From Octopus sinensis (taxonomy: Eukaryota): DNA of 64,000 bases. A program made the translations under genes and the position numbers. The stretch's first letter is position 1. Each line of letters opens with the position of its first letter. Under the pieces are notes generated by a model, which was not told where the DNA came from, ran no database searches, and saw only the letters and a program-made list of their open reading frames with translations. This document shows, piece by piece, positions 52,261 to 64,000 of the stretch. The stretch is from positions 61,318,001 through 61,382,000 of the forward strand of contig NC_042999.1 of NCBI RefSeq assembly GCF_006345805.1. The letters are read 5' to 3'.

Positions 52261-52617
52261 CGGGAAATCTATAATTTTTTTCCTTTTTTTCCTCTCAACG
52301 AGTATAACAGTTCAAATCCCACCCCCGTTGGGGGACGAGACGTAACAAAAAAGCCTATAACGGTCGAAATTATATTTTTCACACAATAATAAAATACGGT
52401 ATCCCCCAAAAACGGGAAACCTATATATATGTTTTTTTTTCTTTTTTTCCCCACAATGAGGACAACAGTTCAAATCTTACCCCCGCTAGGGAAGGGGTAC
52501 CACAATGAAGCGTACAGCGGCTAAAATTAAATTTTTTAACACAATAATAAATTGATTATTCCAAGATGCGGGAAACCTATAATATTTTTTCCTCTTAATG
52601 AGGATAACAATTCAAAT
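52261..52617. repeat. ~2.3 diverged tandem copies of a ~150-bp unit at the LINE 5' end
   Basis: CGGGAAA.CTATA starts at about 52261, 52412 and 52569, each followed by AACA.TTCAAAT. Confidence 0.75.
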
Positions 52618-52879
52618 AGAAGTAGTACACACATGCAAGACTTGGCTGTCAGAATGGAATAGTTGCGGCTAAATTAATCTTGGGTCAAACCTGATTAGTG
52701 ACACCTCTGACACACAAGACATTCATATCTTGACCGTTCATTTGTTTATTTTTTACATACATTGTGTCGACGATCACATTTTCCAATATGTCCTTTCAAG
52801 ACAATTAGTTGTAATTCGAAGATAAACAACAATGTCCAACAGGCTGATATCTCATGATGAGTTACTCTGTTTACTAGAA

Positions 52880-53113
52880 AGGTGGCGAGCTGGTAGAAAC
52901 GTTAGCACGGCGAGCGAAATGCTTAGCAGTATTTCGTCTGCCGGTACGTTCTGAGTTCAAATTCCGCCGAGGTCGAATATGCCTTTCATCCTTTCGGGAT
53001 CGATTAAATAAGTACCAGTTACGCACTGGGGTCGAAATAATCGGCTTAATCCGTTTGCCTGTCCTTGTTTGTCCTCTCTGTGTTTCGCCCATTGTGGGTA
53101 GTAAAGAAATAGG
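52880..53113 (+). mobile_element. SINE-B tail-1 monomer with 17-bp TSD
   Basis: TSD TACTCTGTTTACTAGAA at 52863-52879 and 53114-53130. Confidence 0.92.
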
Positions 53114-55118
53114 TACTCTGTTTACTAGAAGTAGGATAGTTGTTTAACTATATTGATTCTCACTCTATTTCATCTATAAAGCCACCTGATTCGCATTGTT
53201 CGTGGAATATTAAACCAATTTGTACTTGATGCCTCTCACTATGTCGTTCGTTTCTCATCATTGTGTGTCTTTTGAGGGAATATCATAACACCGTTTCCTA
53301 TGACATGATAATTTTATGAAATGTCATTCACTCATAGTAATAAGTGGCAGTCTGGTAGAATCATTAGGTCGGCGGTAAAAAGTGTCTTATGATGTTTCTT
53401 ACAGTTATACTTTCTGAATTTCAGATTTGCCTTCTTCCTTTCGGTGTCGACACAATTATGTACCAGTTTAGTATTAGGTTGACTGTGTCTACTCCTTCAT
53501 AAGTGCTAGCATCGTGCCTAAAGTTGAAATATTCATTTGTTTAAAGAGAGTGCTGGATCGGCAGAAGTGTTGCAATGTTTTTCCAACATTCGCGTTCCGA
53601 TTTCTAATCCATGTTTAGTCAACTTTGCCATTCTTTCGGGTTCGATAAAATAAAGTACTAGTGACGTTGTAGTGTCTACACTATCTACTAACACCTTCCT
53701 TATAAAGCTGTTTACTTCGTGACTCAATTATAAGCGAGCTGTTTCTTAAATCACGAAGACTTTGACTTTTGAATTCAGTTTCATTCAACTAAAAATCATC
53801 TAGAAATTACATTTAAAATTTTGAATCTCTAGGAAATGAGAATATTGTTGATTAAAGAAATCGTGTCACAGAATAACTTTCGTTACATAACACAATCAGA
53901 GATAACAGCTGAAGGGTAGTTCTGTCTACGCTTAGGTTATTGTTAAAACCCTCGATTAGATCTGTTTAAGGAGGCACGCCAGTTATTAAAGGCGTTCTAT
54001 TCAGAACCATCCCGTCTATTAAATGTATATAAGGAATATATAATCCCAAAGTTCCTTTCTTTTCTTTCTTTAGGATATATTTTAAGAGGTGTCTGGCTCC
54101 TTTTTCTAAGAGATAGTGCGACCATATTGAGAGTGCTTCCTTCGTTTGATGTAACCTTACGTTTATTACTGAAGCGAGAAAATATCGGAGAAAGTTCGGA
54201 GGCTGCCAAATATACACAGGATACAATTCCAGTTTTTAAACAAGTTAGAAGGGTGTTGATTTAGCCATGAGAAAAAATGAGTTGTGATATGTTCTTTTTT
54301 TTCCCCTTTCCTTTTTTGTGTATAATGAGTTCAAATCCTGCTGAGGTCATTTTGCTTTCATCATTTTAGGGCCGATAAGATATCAATAAAATAGTGGAGT
54401 TGGTGTCATCGATTATCCCGTCCCACAATCATCAAAAGAAAAATTATGACCTTAGAGACAATTATGTCGAAGATGTTAATGATGCTCTTTAATTTCAAGT
54501 GTGTTCGGATCGAGGTGAGTTCTGATAAGGTATTCCAGCAATTAACATCTTGTCTATGGTATATCAATGACTAGATTATGTATCCTTTATTTTAGACACA
54601 CGAAGGAATATTTGAGAATATTTGGTTAAAATCTCTAGCAGATTGATTGACCGACTAGGATTTCCCTACGTAAATACAATACTACGAAATATAGTAGAAA
54701 CTCGTGACTCCTATTCAACTGCAGTTCTAAACTCAATAAATTATATTAGTGATTCTAGGGAGTTAAAAAATGAACGAATTCCAAGAGATGATGCCAAAGA
54801 GGATAAAGCTGTTTAACTCTTTAGAGTTCAGATTACTCGGTCACATTCAATGTTTATTTCTTCCAATTATTTTGAATTAACCCTGCATTACCTTGTAACT
54901 TCAGATTTTGATGACGTGACTGCTTGAGGCTAAGTGTGAGAGGCCTGATCTGGCCACTTCGCCCATAAAAAATGCAAAATAGTTTGGCCTTATATGGCCT
55001 GTTTAAATACTGCTTAATTAACAGCTAAATTTACATCAAATTACATCCGTCCATGTGAAATTAATGGACAGAATGACTAAGATGCCCTCACACACACATC
55101 TATACATCTATACATACA

Positions 55119-55178
<60 letters not shown>

Positions 55179-55181
55179 ATA

Positions 55182-56453
55182 CATGTTGGACAAAATAATA
55201 GAAACACCTTAAAATTTCAAGCAAATTTTTTTTAATATGAAGTAGGATCATCTTTGGCATTAATTACAGCTTGAGTTATACGAGATATGGACTCATACGA
55301 AGTTTGAATGGTTTCCAAAGGAATGTTTGGCCATTCTTCAGATAAAATAGTCTCCACTTCTTGTAGTGCTGATGGTGAAGGATATCGACTCTTTACTTGT
55401 TTTTCTAAAGATCACCATAAATATTCCATAATATTGAGATCTGTGGACGTTGGTGGCCAGATACGATGTTCAACTTCACTAGAATGTTCCTTGTGACATC
55501 CAGTAACAACTTTAGCTGTGTGAATTGGTGCATTATCATCCTGAAAGATTGCATTTCCCTCTGGAAACAGTTCTGCAATAATAGGATGAATTTTATCAAA
55601 TAAAAGGCTTAAAGAGTCTTGACTATTAATTCTATAATGAAAGGAAACCATTGGGCCGGCGGATTTCAAAGATATAGCCTCCTACATCATCACAGATTCT
55701 CCTCCATGTTTAACAGTTGGAAGAAGGCAGTCTGGATCAAATGCTTCTTTTCGCAGTCTCCACACGTATACTCGGCCGGTGGTCGGAAATGATGTAAAGG
55801 ATGACTAGTCCTAGAAAATATCATTCTTCCACTGCTCTAGGGACCAATTCTGTAGGTTATTACTCCACTTTAAACGCTTTGGGACGTTTGTTTTTCGAAG
55901 TAGTGATTTTCTGATTGCAGCTCTCTGGTGAAATCTGGCTTTGCTCAGCTCCCGGCGAATAGCTTTTGTGGAAATTGTGTTCTCGGGGTGGTCATTAAAC
56001 TCTGCAGTAATTTTGGGAGCTGTACTTTTGTGATCCCTTCTAACAATCCGAGTAAGAGTCCGACGTTCCCTATCAGAAAATCCTGATTTTCTTCCGGAGT
56101 TTTGTTTCGACGATGAGGTTTTTCCTTCTTACTCAACGGCTGTCATTAACTTTAAGACTGTGCTTCTTGATACACCAAACATTTCGGCTGTTTTCGTTAC
56201 GCTAGCGCCTGCCATACTAGCACCAACAATTTGATATATATGAAAGTCCGATACATCTGTCATTTTAATGAATTTTAATTACCTTTTTTGTGATGATATC
56301 TGAAAGGAAACAGCAATTTTACCAAAACATATTAACATATTAAGCAACACTAAAAATAAATAAAAAAACATAAAAATAAACAAGCTTTTGAAGATTTTAT
56401 AGATATTTCAAAATTATAATGGTAGATGTTTCCATTAATTTGTCCAGCACTTG
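55182..56453 (-). mobile_element. Tc1-like DNA transposon (DD34E), full length but decayed
   Basis: TIRs ~CAGTGTTGGACAAAATAATGGAAACACC with TA flanks; transposase at about 56263-55232 with FQDDNAPIHTA and WPPTSTDLNIMEYLW; stops and frameshifts. Confidence 0.93.
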
Positions 56454-59362
56454 TATATATGTATATATATGGCAAGATGTCGTTCAGTTTTCTTTCGTCT
56501 ATAAACTTTTAAGCACTACCTATCAATCAGCAGCCATTACAGTTGATGTAACTTGCCCAACGTGTCTAACCGTAGCTGCGGAGTAGAATTTCTCAATGAT
56601 TTCAGCCAGGTTTGTGCTCATAATGAATTTATGCTATGTCACGAATCTGTCTTATTCAATTGGTTATTATCGAACGTGTGCAATTCTGAAAATATATTAA
56701 GATATTTAGTCAAGTAATCTCAAGTTGATTGACTTAATTCAGGTAAGCTGACGCTATTTATACATTTTTGAAATTAAATATTTATAAAATAGCTTGTTAA
56801 AAAAAAATGTCCCCGTAAGAAACGAAACATGATTTTCTAAAAAAAATCATAAAACAATTTTACAATTTTATGCACCAGTTGTAATATAACTATTACTTTC
56901 GGTAATATGTTTGTAAATTAATAAATTATTCCTTTCAATATGAACAGACTTGTTGAATCAAAATATTAAAGAATAAAATATTGTAAAAAAATTTTAAAAA
57001 GAGATACTTCGCATCGATTTTCATGTCTAGAAAATATTTAATCAAAACGAATAAATGGAATAGACTGGGGCAATAACTAGCATGGAAAATAAAAGAGAAA
57101 AATAGACAATTTAGTGGAAAACACATAACGTAAGAAAATTATTATTAATAATACCTTTTCAGATTTTGTATGTTCAAAAATGTTCAATTTTCCCTTTAGA
57201 TTGAATTTTTAACTTTATAATTACTATCTTGATTTTCTTGTTTGAAGGAGACCGCTGCTGATATTTAATTATTCTAACCCTGATAAAATGTGTTGCACTA
57301 ATTATTTACTGGCAACACATGTCGAGAAAAATCAAAGTACTTTCGATTTAGATGCTATTCAACTCAGAAATTGAACTTTATTAGAATGGTGGTGGGGTGG
57401 GGGAAGAATCAATAAAATGCCATCAATTATAATTTTTTTACCCCAACTTTGGGCACATATTTAGGTTCATGAATTCTGTGCTTTTGAAGTAAAATTTTTG
57501 GTGAGGTAATATAAAAATAAATGGAGAATATGATGTGTTGTGTTATACTTTGGCTTATATATTTCTTACATCATGACAATATATTGCCTGAGACAAATAT
57601 CCAATCGATTACTTTACGATTCCGTTTACATTTTCATCACTCTTGGATCGATAACATCAGTCCATGGCGTCTACTTGAGTGTCTATCTAAAACCTATCTC
57701 TTCTACGTAGATATATAGTATGAATTGAGTCATATACATGTGGCGACTGAATTTGTTCAAATCCATACTTTGTAAAAGAGAGGATGGATTTGAATTCAAG
57801 TAAAGACTTTCCAAGACACTAAATTTTACGGGAAACCAAGATTTTATAGATGAATACTATCAATTTAAATGTAATAATAGTAAAAATGATGGTTGTTGCC
57901 TCATTTCAATTGGAAAACGAAATCGTTTCATACCTAGAGATCATTGGTACAACTTACTAACAACTGGACTCTTGATTTACAATAATCCTCAATGTTTCTT
58001 CATTAATATTATAGGTATTTTAAAGCAGTGGAAGGTGCTAGTTTCAGTCATTAGCCTGCAGCCTTGCAGGGCACTGTTTTGAGCGGTTTACTCGAAGAAA
58101 ACGAATCCTAGTGGGCTGTTTTTGCCCAAGAGCTAATTTACGGGAACGTCAACAAACCAGCACTGGCAGTCGATTGACAAACTCAAACACCAAGCAACAC
58201 ACACACACACATAGATAGATAGATAGATAGATATAGATAGATAGATAGATAGATAGCTTGTGAAAGACATCACATGTGTGTGCGTGTGTGTATGTGTGTG
58301 TGTGTGTGTGTGTGTGTAAGTGCCCTCCTAAAAATTCTCAAAAGGAGCGTGCGCTTCCGGTGAATGTGAACAGTAATGTGTAGGTGTTACCATGTTGATA
58401 TGTTATCTACCACAGGACACAGTTGATGGTACGGTAGCGAATGCTTCCTGCACAAAGATGTATGAAAAAATCCACAATGCAAATGCTATCGCCATCGTAT
58501 TGTCTAAACACATGTTTCGTTAAAGGAAAGTGGAAAAAAAGAACAGCTAACCGATGTATTATTGTACTATCAAATTGTTTTCTGCAGCCGATGTGCACGG
58601 CAATTACAAGGTAACTCAGAGACTCAGTTATTTCTTTCCTGCACATGCATACATATATATGTGCATGTGTATATTTGAGTTCATATGTGTGCGCCGCATG
58701 TAAAAGAATTACTTGAGGGAAAATTAGTGGCTGTTGATTTCTTGACGTTAGCGTAACAGATTGATAGATACCGCACATAAAATTAAGTACTAAGGTGGAT
58801 TTGTTTAGACCAAAGTCACCTCAAGGTGATGCTCCAGCAGAAACGTAGTCGAATGACTGAAACAAGTAATATATATAAGATATCTGTAATATTTTGCTAC
58901 GAGGTCACATATTCATAGCAAAATGGATCGAATCATTCCTTCACCACATAATCGTTCCCTTAATGTACCAAGAAGCAATTTTTACTGTCCTTACAAATTT
59001 AGCCTTTAAGTTAATCATACCATAAATTATTTTTAAATCTTGCCATCTGGAAACCAATCACTTTTTAAAGTAACACCTTTGAAATTAATATTTCGTATCA
59101 CATCCTACGCATATGAATTCCCCAGGAAATTATTTCTTTTGAAAGAACAAAGAACAACAACGAGGTATGATATGTACTATACTAAATCCTCAATCAATTA
59201 TTCCTCGATTTTTTTACCGACTCTCTCAACATTATTATGTCAACAAAGTCTAATGCTCCATTAGTGCCAAAATTGGATTTTGTGAAAAGCCATATTTGTT
59301 TCTCATTTTACTTTTATAATGAAACTGTTTTCGCCTGTCATTAAATTAACTGACACACACGA

Positions 59363-59438
<76 letters not shown>

Positions 59439-59577
59439 ATATGTATGTATGTATGTATGTATGGATGGATGGATGGGTGGATGGATGGATGGATGGATGT
59501 TTTTTTCCTGTATGAATATACATATATATATATATGTGTGTGTTACTGTTTATATCCTTATCATCATTATAATTATT

Positions 59578-60122
59578 AAGGGGGCGAGCTGGCAGAAACT
59601 TTAGCACGCCGGGCGAAATACGTAGCTGTATTTCGTCTACCGTTACGTTCTGAGTTCAAAATCCGCTGAGGTCGACATTACCTTTCCTCCTTTCGATAAA
59701 TTAAGTACCAGCTACGCACTGGGGTCGATGCAATCGACTTAATTTGTTTGTCTATCCTTGTTTGTCCCCCTGTTTCTAGCCCCTTGTGGGTAGAAAAGAA
59801 ATAGGTATTTCGTCTGCCGCTACGTTCTGAGTTCAAATTCCGCCGAGGTCGACATTGCCTTTCATCCTTTCGAAGTCGATAAATTAAGTACCAGCTACGC
59901 ACTGGGGTCGATGTAATCGACTTAATCTGTTTGTCTGTCCTTGTTTGTCCCTCTGTTCCAAGCCTCTTGTGGGTAGTAAAGAAATAGGTATTTCGCCTGT
60001 CACTACTTTCTGAGTTCAAATGCCACCGAGGTCGATGAAATAAGTGCCAGTCACGCACTGGGCTCGATGTAATCGACATAATCTCTTCCCCAAAATTTCA
60101 GCCCATGTGTCTATAGCAGAAA
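59578..60122 (+). mobile_element. SINE-B trimer: head + two tail-1 units + one diverged tail-2 unit
   Basis: AAAGAAATA|GGTATTTCG junctions at 59803/59804 and 59986/59987. Confidence 0.88.
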
Positions 60123-60123
60123 G

Positions 60124-60178
<55 letters not shown>

Positions 60179-60734
60179 GAGTGAGAGAGTAGTGCATGCC
60201 ATCAAAGTGACACTGGGCTAAAATATACGAAGCCCAGTATATCCATCATGGCTGCCCGTCTGATAAGGGTACACCAGGCACATGCATCACAATCAAATGT
60301 GCGCGACATGGCGATCTCATGTCAACATAAACAGTGCATGACCTTGCAGGTGGGGCACAGTTAGAATTTTCTTCTGATCGAGTAGCCCATCCTACTTAAA
60401 AGGTCCTTGAATAAGGATTGTTTAAAGATTTTGGACGAACCACCCATGTTTCCAAATTTGAATTATCCAAACCTCTAAGAATTCCTTTCAACACACGGGT
60501 ATGATGCTCCCCCACTACTTCTCCTCGTAATCAGAGATGCACATATCGTCAGCCACTAAGGGTCATGCTCAACTGGTTAAGGTCAAACAAGTGACCAGTA
60601 AATCTGTGGTATTGAGCAGAATATTTGCTGTTAGCCCATCTTTTATACCAAGACAAAACAATATACATGATAACACTTCCAATCAGTTAAGATCAGAAGC
60701 CATGAAAGCTACTTTATGGTACTGCATCAGGGCA
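60179..60734 (-). mobile_element. ~555-bp (ATT)n-flanked element, full length
   Basis: Homologous to 46948-47489 and 29481-29650. Confidence 0.85.
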
Positions 60735-61396
60735 TTGTTATAATTATTATTATTATGTTTTTTCCTTCCTTCTTCAAATTTTCTTCCGTTTCTCGCCGAG
60801 TGTTTTCCATACACCTAGGGCAGAGAAGGGCATTGTATGCATTCCCAGATTACACGCGCAAATTCACAGATAAAATATGTATTTAAGAATTAATAAATAA
60901 ATAAATTCATGGATGGATGTTATTTTCACAACGATAGTGCTCTTCTCAGTACATGAGCCGTTCCAGTTAATACGATTTTTTGTACTTCCTATAGGGATGG
61001 TAAGCCTGGAATCATTTTCAAATAGGTTTCAGTACCTGTTTTTATCATTCCTAGAGATCCTACAATATTATTATTATTATTATTATTATTATCACGTGGT
61101 GAGCTGGCAGAATCCTTAACACGCCAGACAAAATGCGTAGCGTCATATCTTCTGGTTTACGTTCTGAATTCAAAATTCTCAGGCATCCACTGTACCTTAC
61201 ATCTTTTGGGCGTACAAGCTGTTCAGCTGGAGGCAGCGGTCGATGTAATCGATTAACTCCCTCCCCTAAAATGGTTATGGCACCGAAGTGAGTTAAGTTA
61301 CTAACACACCATGTTAACGCGGTGCGTATTTTTATTAATAAAAATGTTTCTTCCATTACTAACTGAGCGCTCTACAACTTGCTCAAGAGCACACCA

Positions 61397-61756
61397 CGTT
61401 GGCTTTGTGGTAAGGAGCTTACTTCCCAACCACATGGTTCCGAGTGTAGTCCCATTGTGTGGGACCTTGAGCAAGTATCTTCTGCTATATCGTGACGCCG
61501 ACAAAAACCTTGTGACTGGATTTGGAAAACGGAAACCGAAACAAGTCTGTAGTATATATGTATATATTTATATGAGTGTGGCTTTGTATCTGTTTACGTA
61601 TCCTTAATCTAGCGCTTAGGCAAAAAGTGATCGATAGAATAAGTATTAGTTTTAACAAGATGAGTATTGGGGTCGATTTGTTTCACTAACACACTTCACA
61701 ACGATGCCCCAGCATGGTCGGAGATAAATGGTTGAAACAATTAAATGATAAAAGAT
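61397..61756 (+). mobile_element. SINE-A, diverged
   Basis: GTGGTAAGGAGCTTACTTCCCAACCACATGG head and 3' half. Confidence 0.65.
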
Positions 61757-61856
61757 TATATATATATATATATATATAATATATATATATATGTATATAT
61801 ATATTATATATATATACATACATATATATACACCCGCGCGCGTATGTGTATGTGTG

Positions 61857-61892
<36 letters not shown>

Positions 61893-62044
61893 CTTTATCA
61901 TTTAATTGTTTCAACCATTTATCTCCGACCATGCTGGGGCATCGTTGTGAAGTGTGTTAGTGAAACAAATCGACCCCAATACTCATCTTGTTAAAACTAA
62001 TACTTATTCTATCGATCACTTTTAATGCTTCCCCACGCTGTAAA

Positions 62045-62129
<85 letters not shown>

Positions 62130-62184
62130 TATATATATATACATACATATATATACACCCGCGCGCGTATGTGTATGTGTGTTC

Positions 62185-62216
<32 letters not shown>

Positions 62217-62229
62217 TATATATAATATA

Positions 62230-62260
<31 letters not shown>

Positions 62261-62285
62261 TTTACAGCGTGGGGAAGCATTAAAA
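61623..62285. repeat. Complex near-perfect inverted/direct duplication around (TA)n tracts
   Basis: 61623-61756 is the reverse complement of 61891-62023; 62020-62052 is the reverse complement of 62253-62285; the CACCCGCGCGCG block occurs twice in direct orientation. Confidence 0.9.
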
Positions 62286-64000
62286 GTTACACTTATTTTT
62301 CACAGCAACCACTACACCTAATGATATAGAAGATTTTTATTTTGCCCCCCTTAAATTTCCTTTGCCGAATTCCTTTGTCAAGAAGGTCATATCATTTAGG
62401 ACATAAATATCCACTCCTCTTGTCCTTGATCTGGTTTAGATGCAGTACAAAGAGAATACATCGCCAGCTAATAATAAAATTACAGTAATATTGGAAACTA
62501 TCACTGCGTAGGAAGACAAGCGCCAAGGAATATGTGATTTGGGCTGTCCACAAGAGGTTCTCAGGCAAGTCGGAGTATCCTTACGCAGCAATTCTGTAAT
62601 ATTTAATGTTATAGTGTTTTTAATGCCTTGCAGCTATTATTGGCCATAGTCTTTGTCCGTTATGATCTTGGACTATGTGTGTGTGTATGTGTGTGTAAAA
62701 CTTTATCAGTTATGAGTTCAAAATTGCCATGTCTGGGACTGAGGCTGTTACGCATCTTATATAACTGTATCCAGGTACAGTAACTAGATATTTCTTAGTG
62801 GAAAGTACACACTGTAACCTAGTATCCAGGTACAGTAACTAGATATTTCTTAGGTGGAAAGTACACGCTGTAACTTAGTTGCTATGAGGTAGGGCAGCCA
62901 GCCGTTAAAACCATGACAAAACAGTCCGCTCTCTCTCTCTCTCTCATTCTCTCTCTGTTGTCCTCTTTCTCTCCCTCTCTCTCTTGCCAGCAACTGTGAA
63001 GCCATCCAACCCCTACTAGCAAAGAAAGCAGACGTAATAGTGATGATGATAACGGTGATGATGTAAACATGTGTGTACGTATATATATTATATATATATA
63101 AATGTGTGTGTATGGTTATGTATGTATGTATGTATATACACTCAAATGCTGTAATACAGCAAGAATAGAAACCAGCTAATAAGTAAATAGTTAAGTACAT
63201 GAATGTTTATTACACTAATTCTGTGTAATTTTCCTTTTCTAATGTTGTAAATTGGTATATATACACATTTTATCTATTCTGGTTATATTATCATTTTTGA
63301 TAATCTTAATTATTAACTTTATACAACATAACATTCTACCCTATAGTAATTTTCTTTACATCATATGTTTTATTAGCGTCTTGCCCCTTTAACTGGTAAT
63401 TAATATCTTGATTTGAGGTCTTCCCCTACCCAGCCTCTTTTATGGACAGTTACTTTATACTAAGCCTAAAATCCTGACAATATTTATGACCATATCCTAG
63501 CCATGTGCTGTCAACTCACTCCTGCCCTCCATTCTAAACAGTCACAGTCCTCTAGTCCTAGATTTGGTAGTTGATAATAAGATTAATAGATTAAAAATGA
63601 ACAACAATCCTTTACAAGCTATGACCCTTACAAACTTCACAGAGTTCTTAGAAGTGTAGTATATTCTTAGCTACATTAGTGGTAACATGGACTCTTTCCC
63701 TAATATTGCTCTATTAGAGCATTTGAGGTAAAATTATATTGTGTCCAACTGCTTATTTATTTATGCAGCTGAGGATAGCCCTGCATTTAAACTGATGTAA
63801 TGATTGTATTGTTCAATGAAATGGAGCCGCTTGAAACAGCCGCATTGCATCACCTCTTGTTATCCTGTTGCTTATTTTGATTTTATTCACTTACTTTGCG
63901 TTGTACAGATAATACCGTATTGATCTGGAGCTTCAACTTAAGTACCTAATTCAACTGAATCTCAATTATTTCTTAACCCGTCAACCAAACCTATATGTGT

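Noticed and set aside
62767-62878. 55-bp tandem duplication
   Set aside because: Ordinary local duplication with no further structure.

Overview
AT-rich, microsatellite-dense eukaryotic DNA made almost entirely of transposon relics. The SINE repertoire and repeat style resemble Octopus (coleoid cephalopod) DNA; this is an inference from recall, not a database result. No intact, nameable host gene is supported, only weak candidate exons. The window holds several tRNA-headed SINE families (called A, B and C here), fragments of CR1, RTE, R4/Dong and Tx1-clade LINEs, decayed mariner and Tc1 elements, a TA-flanked MITE, Helitron-like elements and one 100-N gap. Best lead: a Tx1-clade LINE 3' end is joined twice (22224/22225 and 49654/49655) to exactly the same nucleotide in the tRNA-like head of SINE-A, suggesting a sequence-specific retrotransposon that targets a SINE. 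A SINE-B subfamily carries that LINE's 3' tail, has matching 15-17 bp TSDs and builds fixed-junction multimers. Other leads are (TA)n-inserted mini-elements with variant minimal hammerhead motifs, and an (AAT)n-flanked ~555-bp element fused to an R4/Dong LINE tail.
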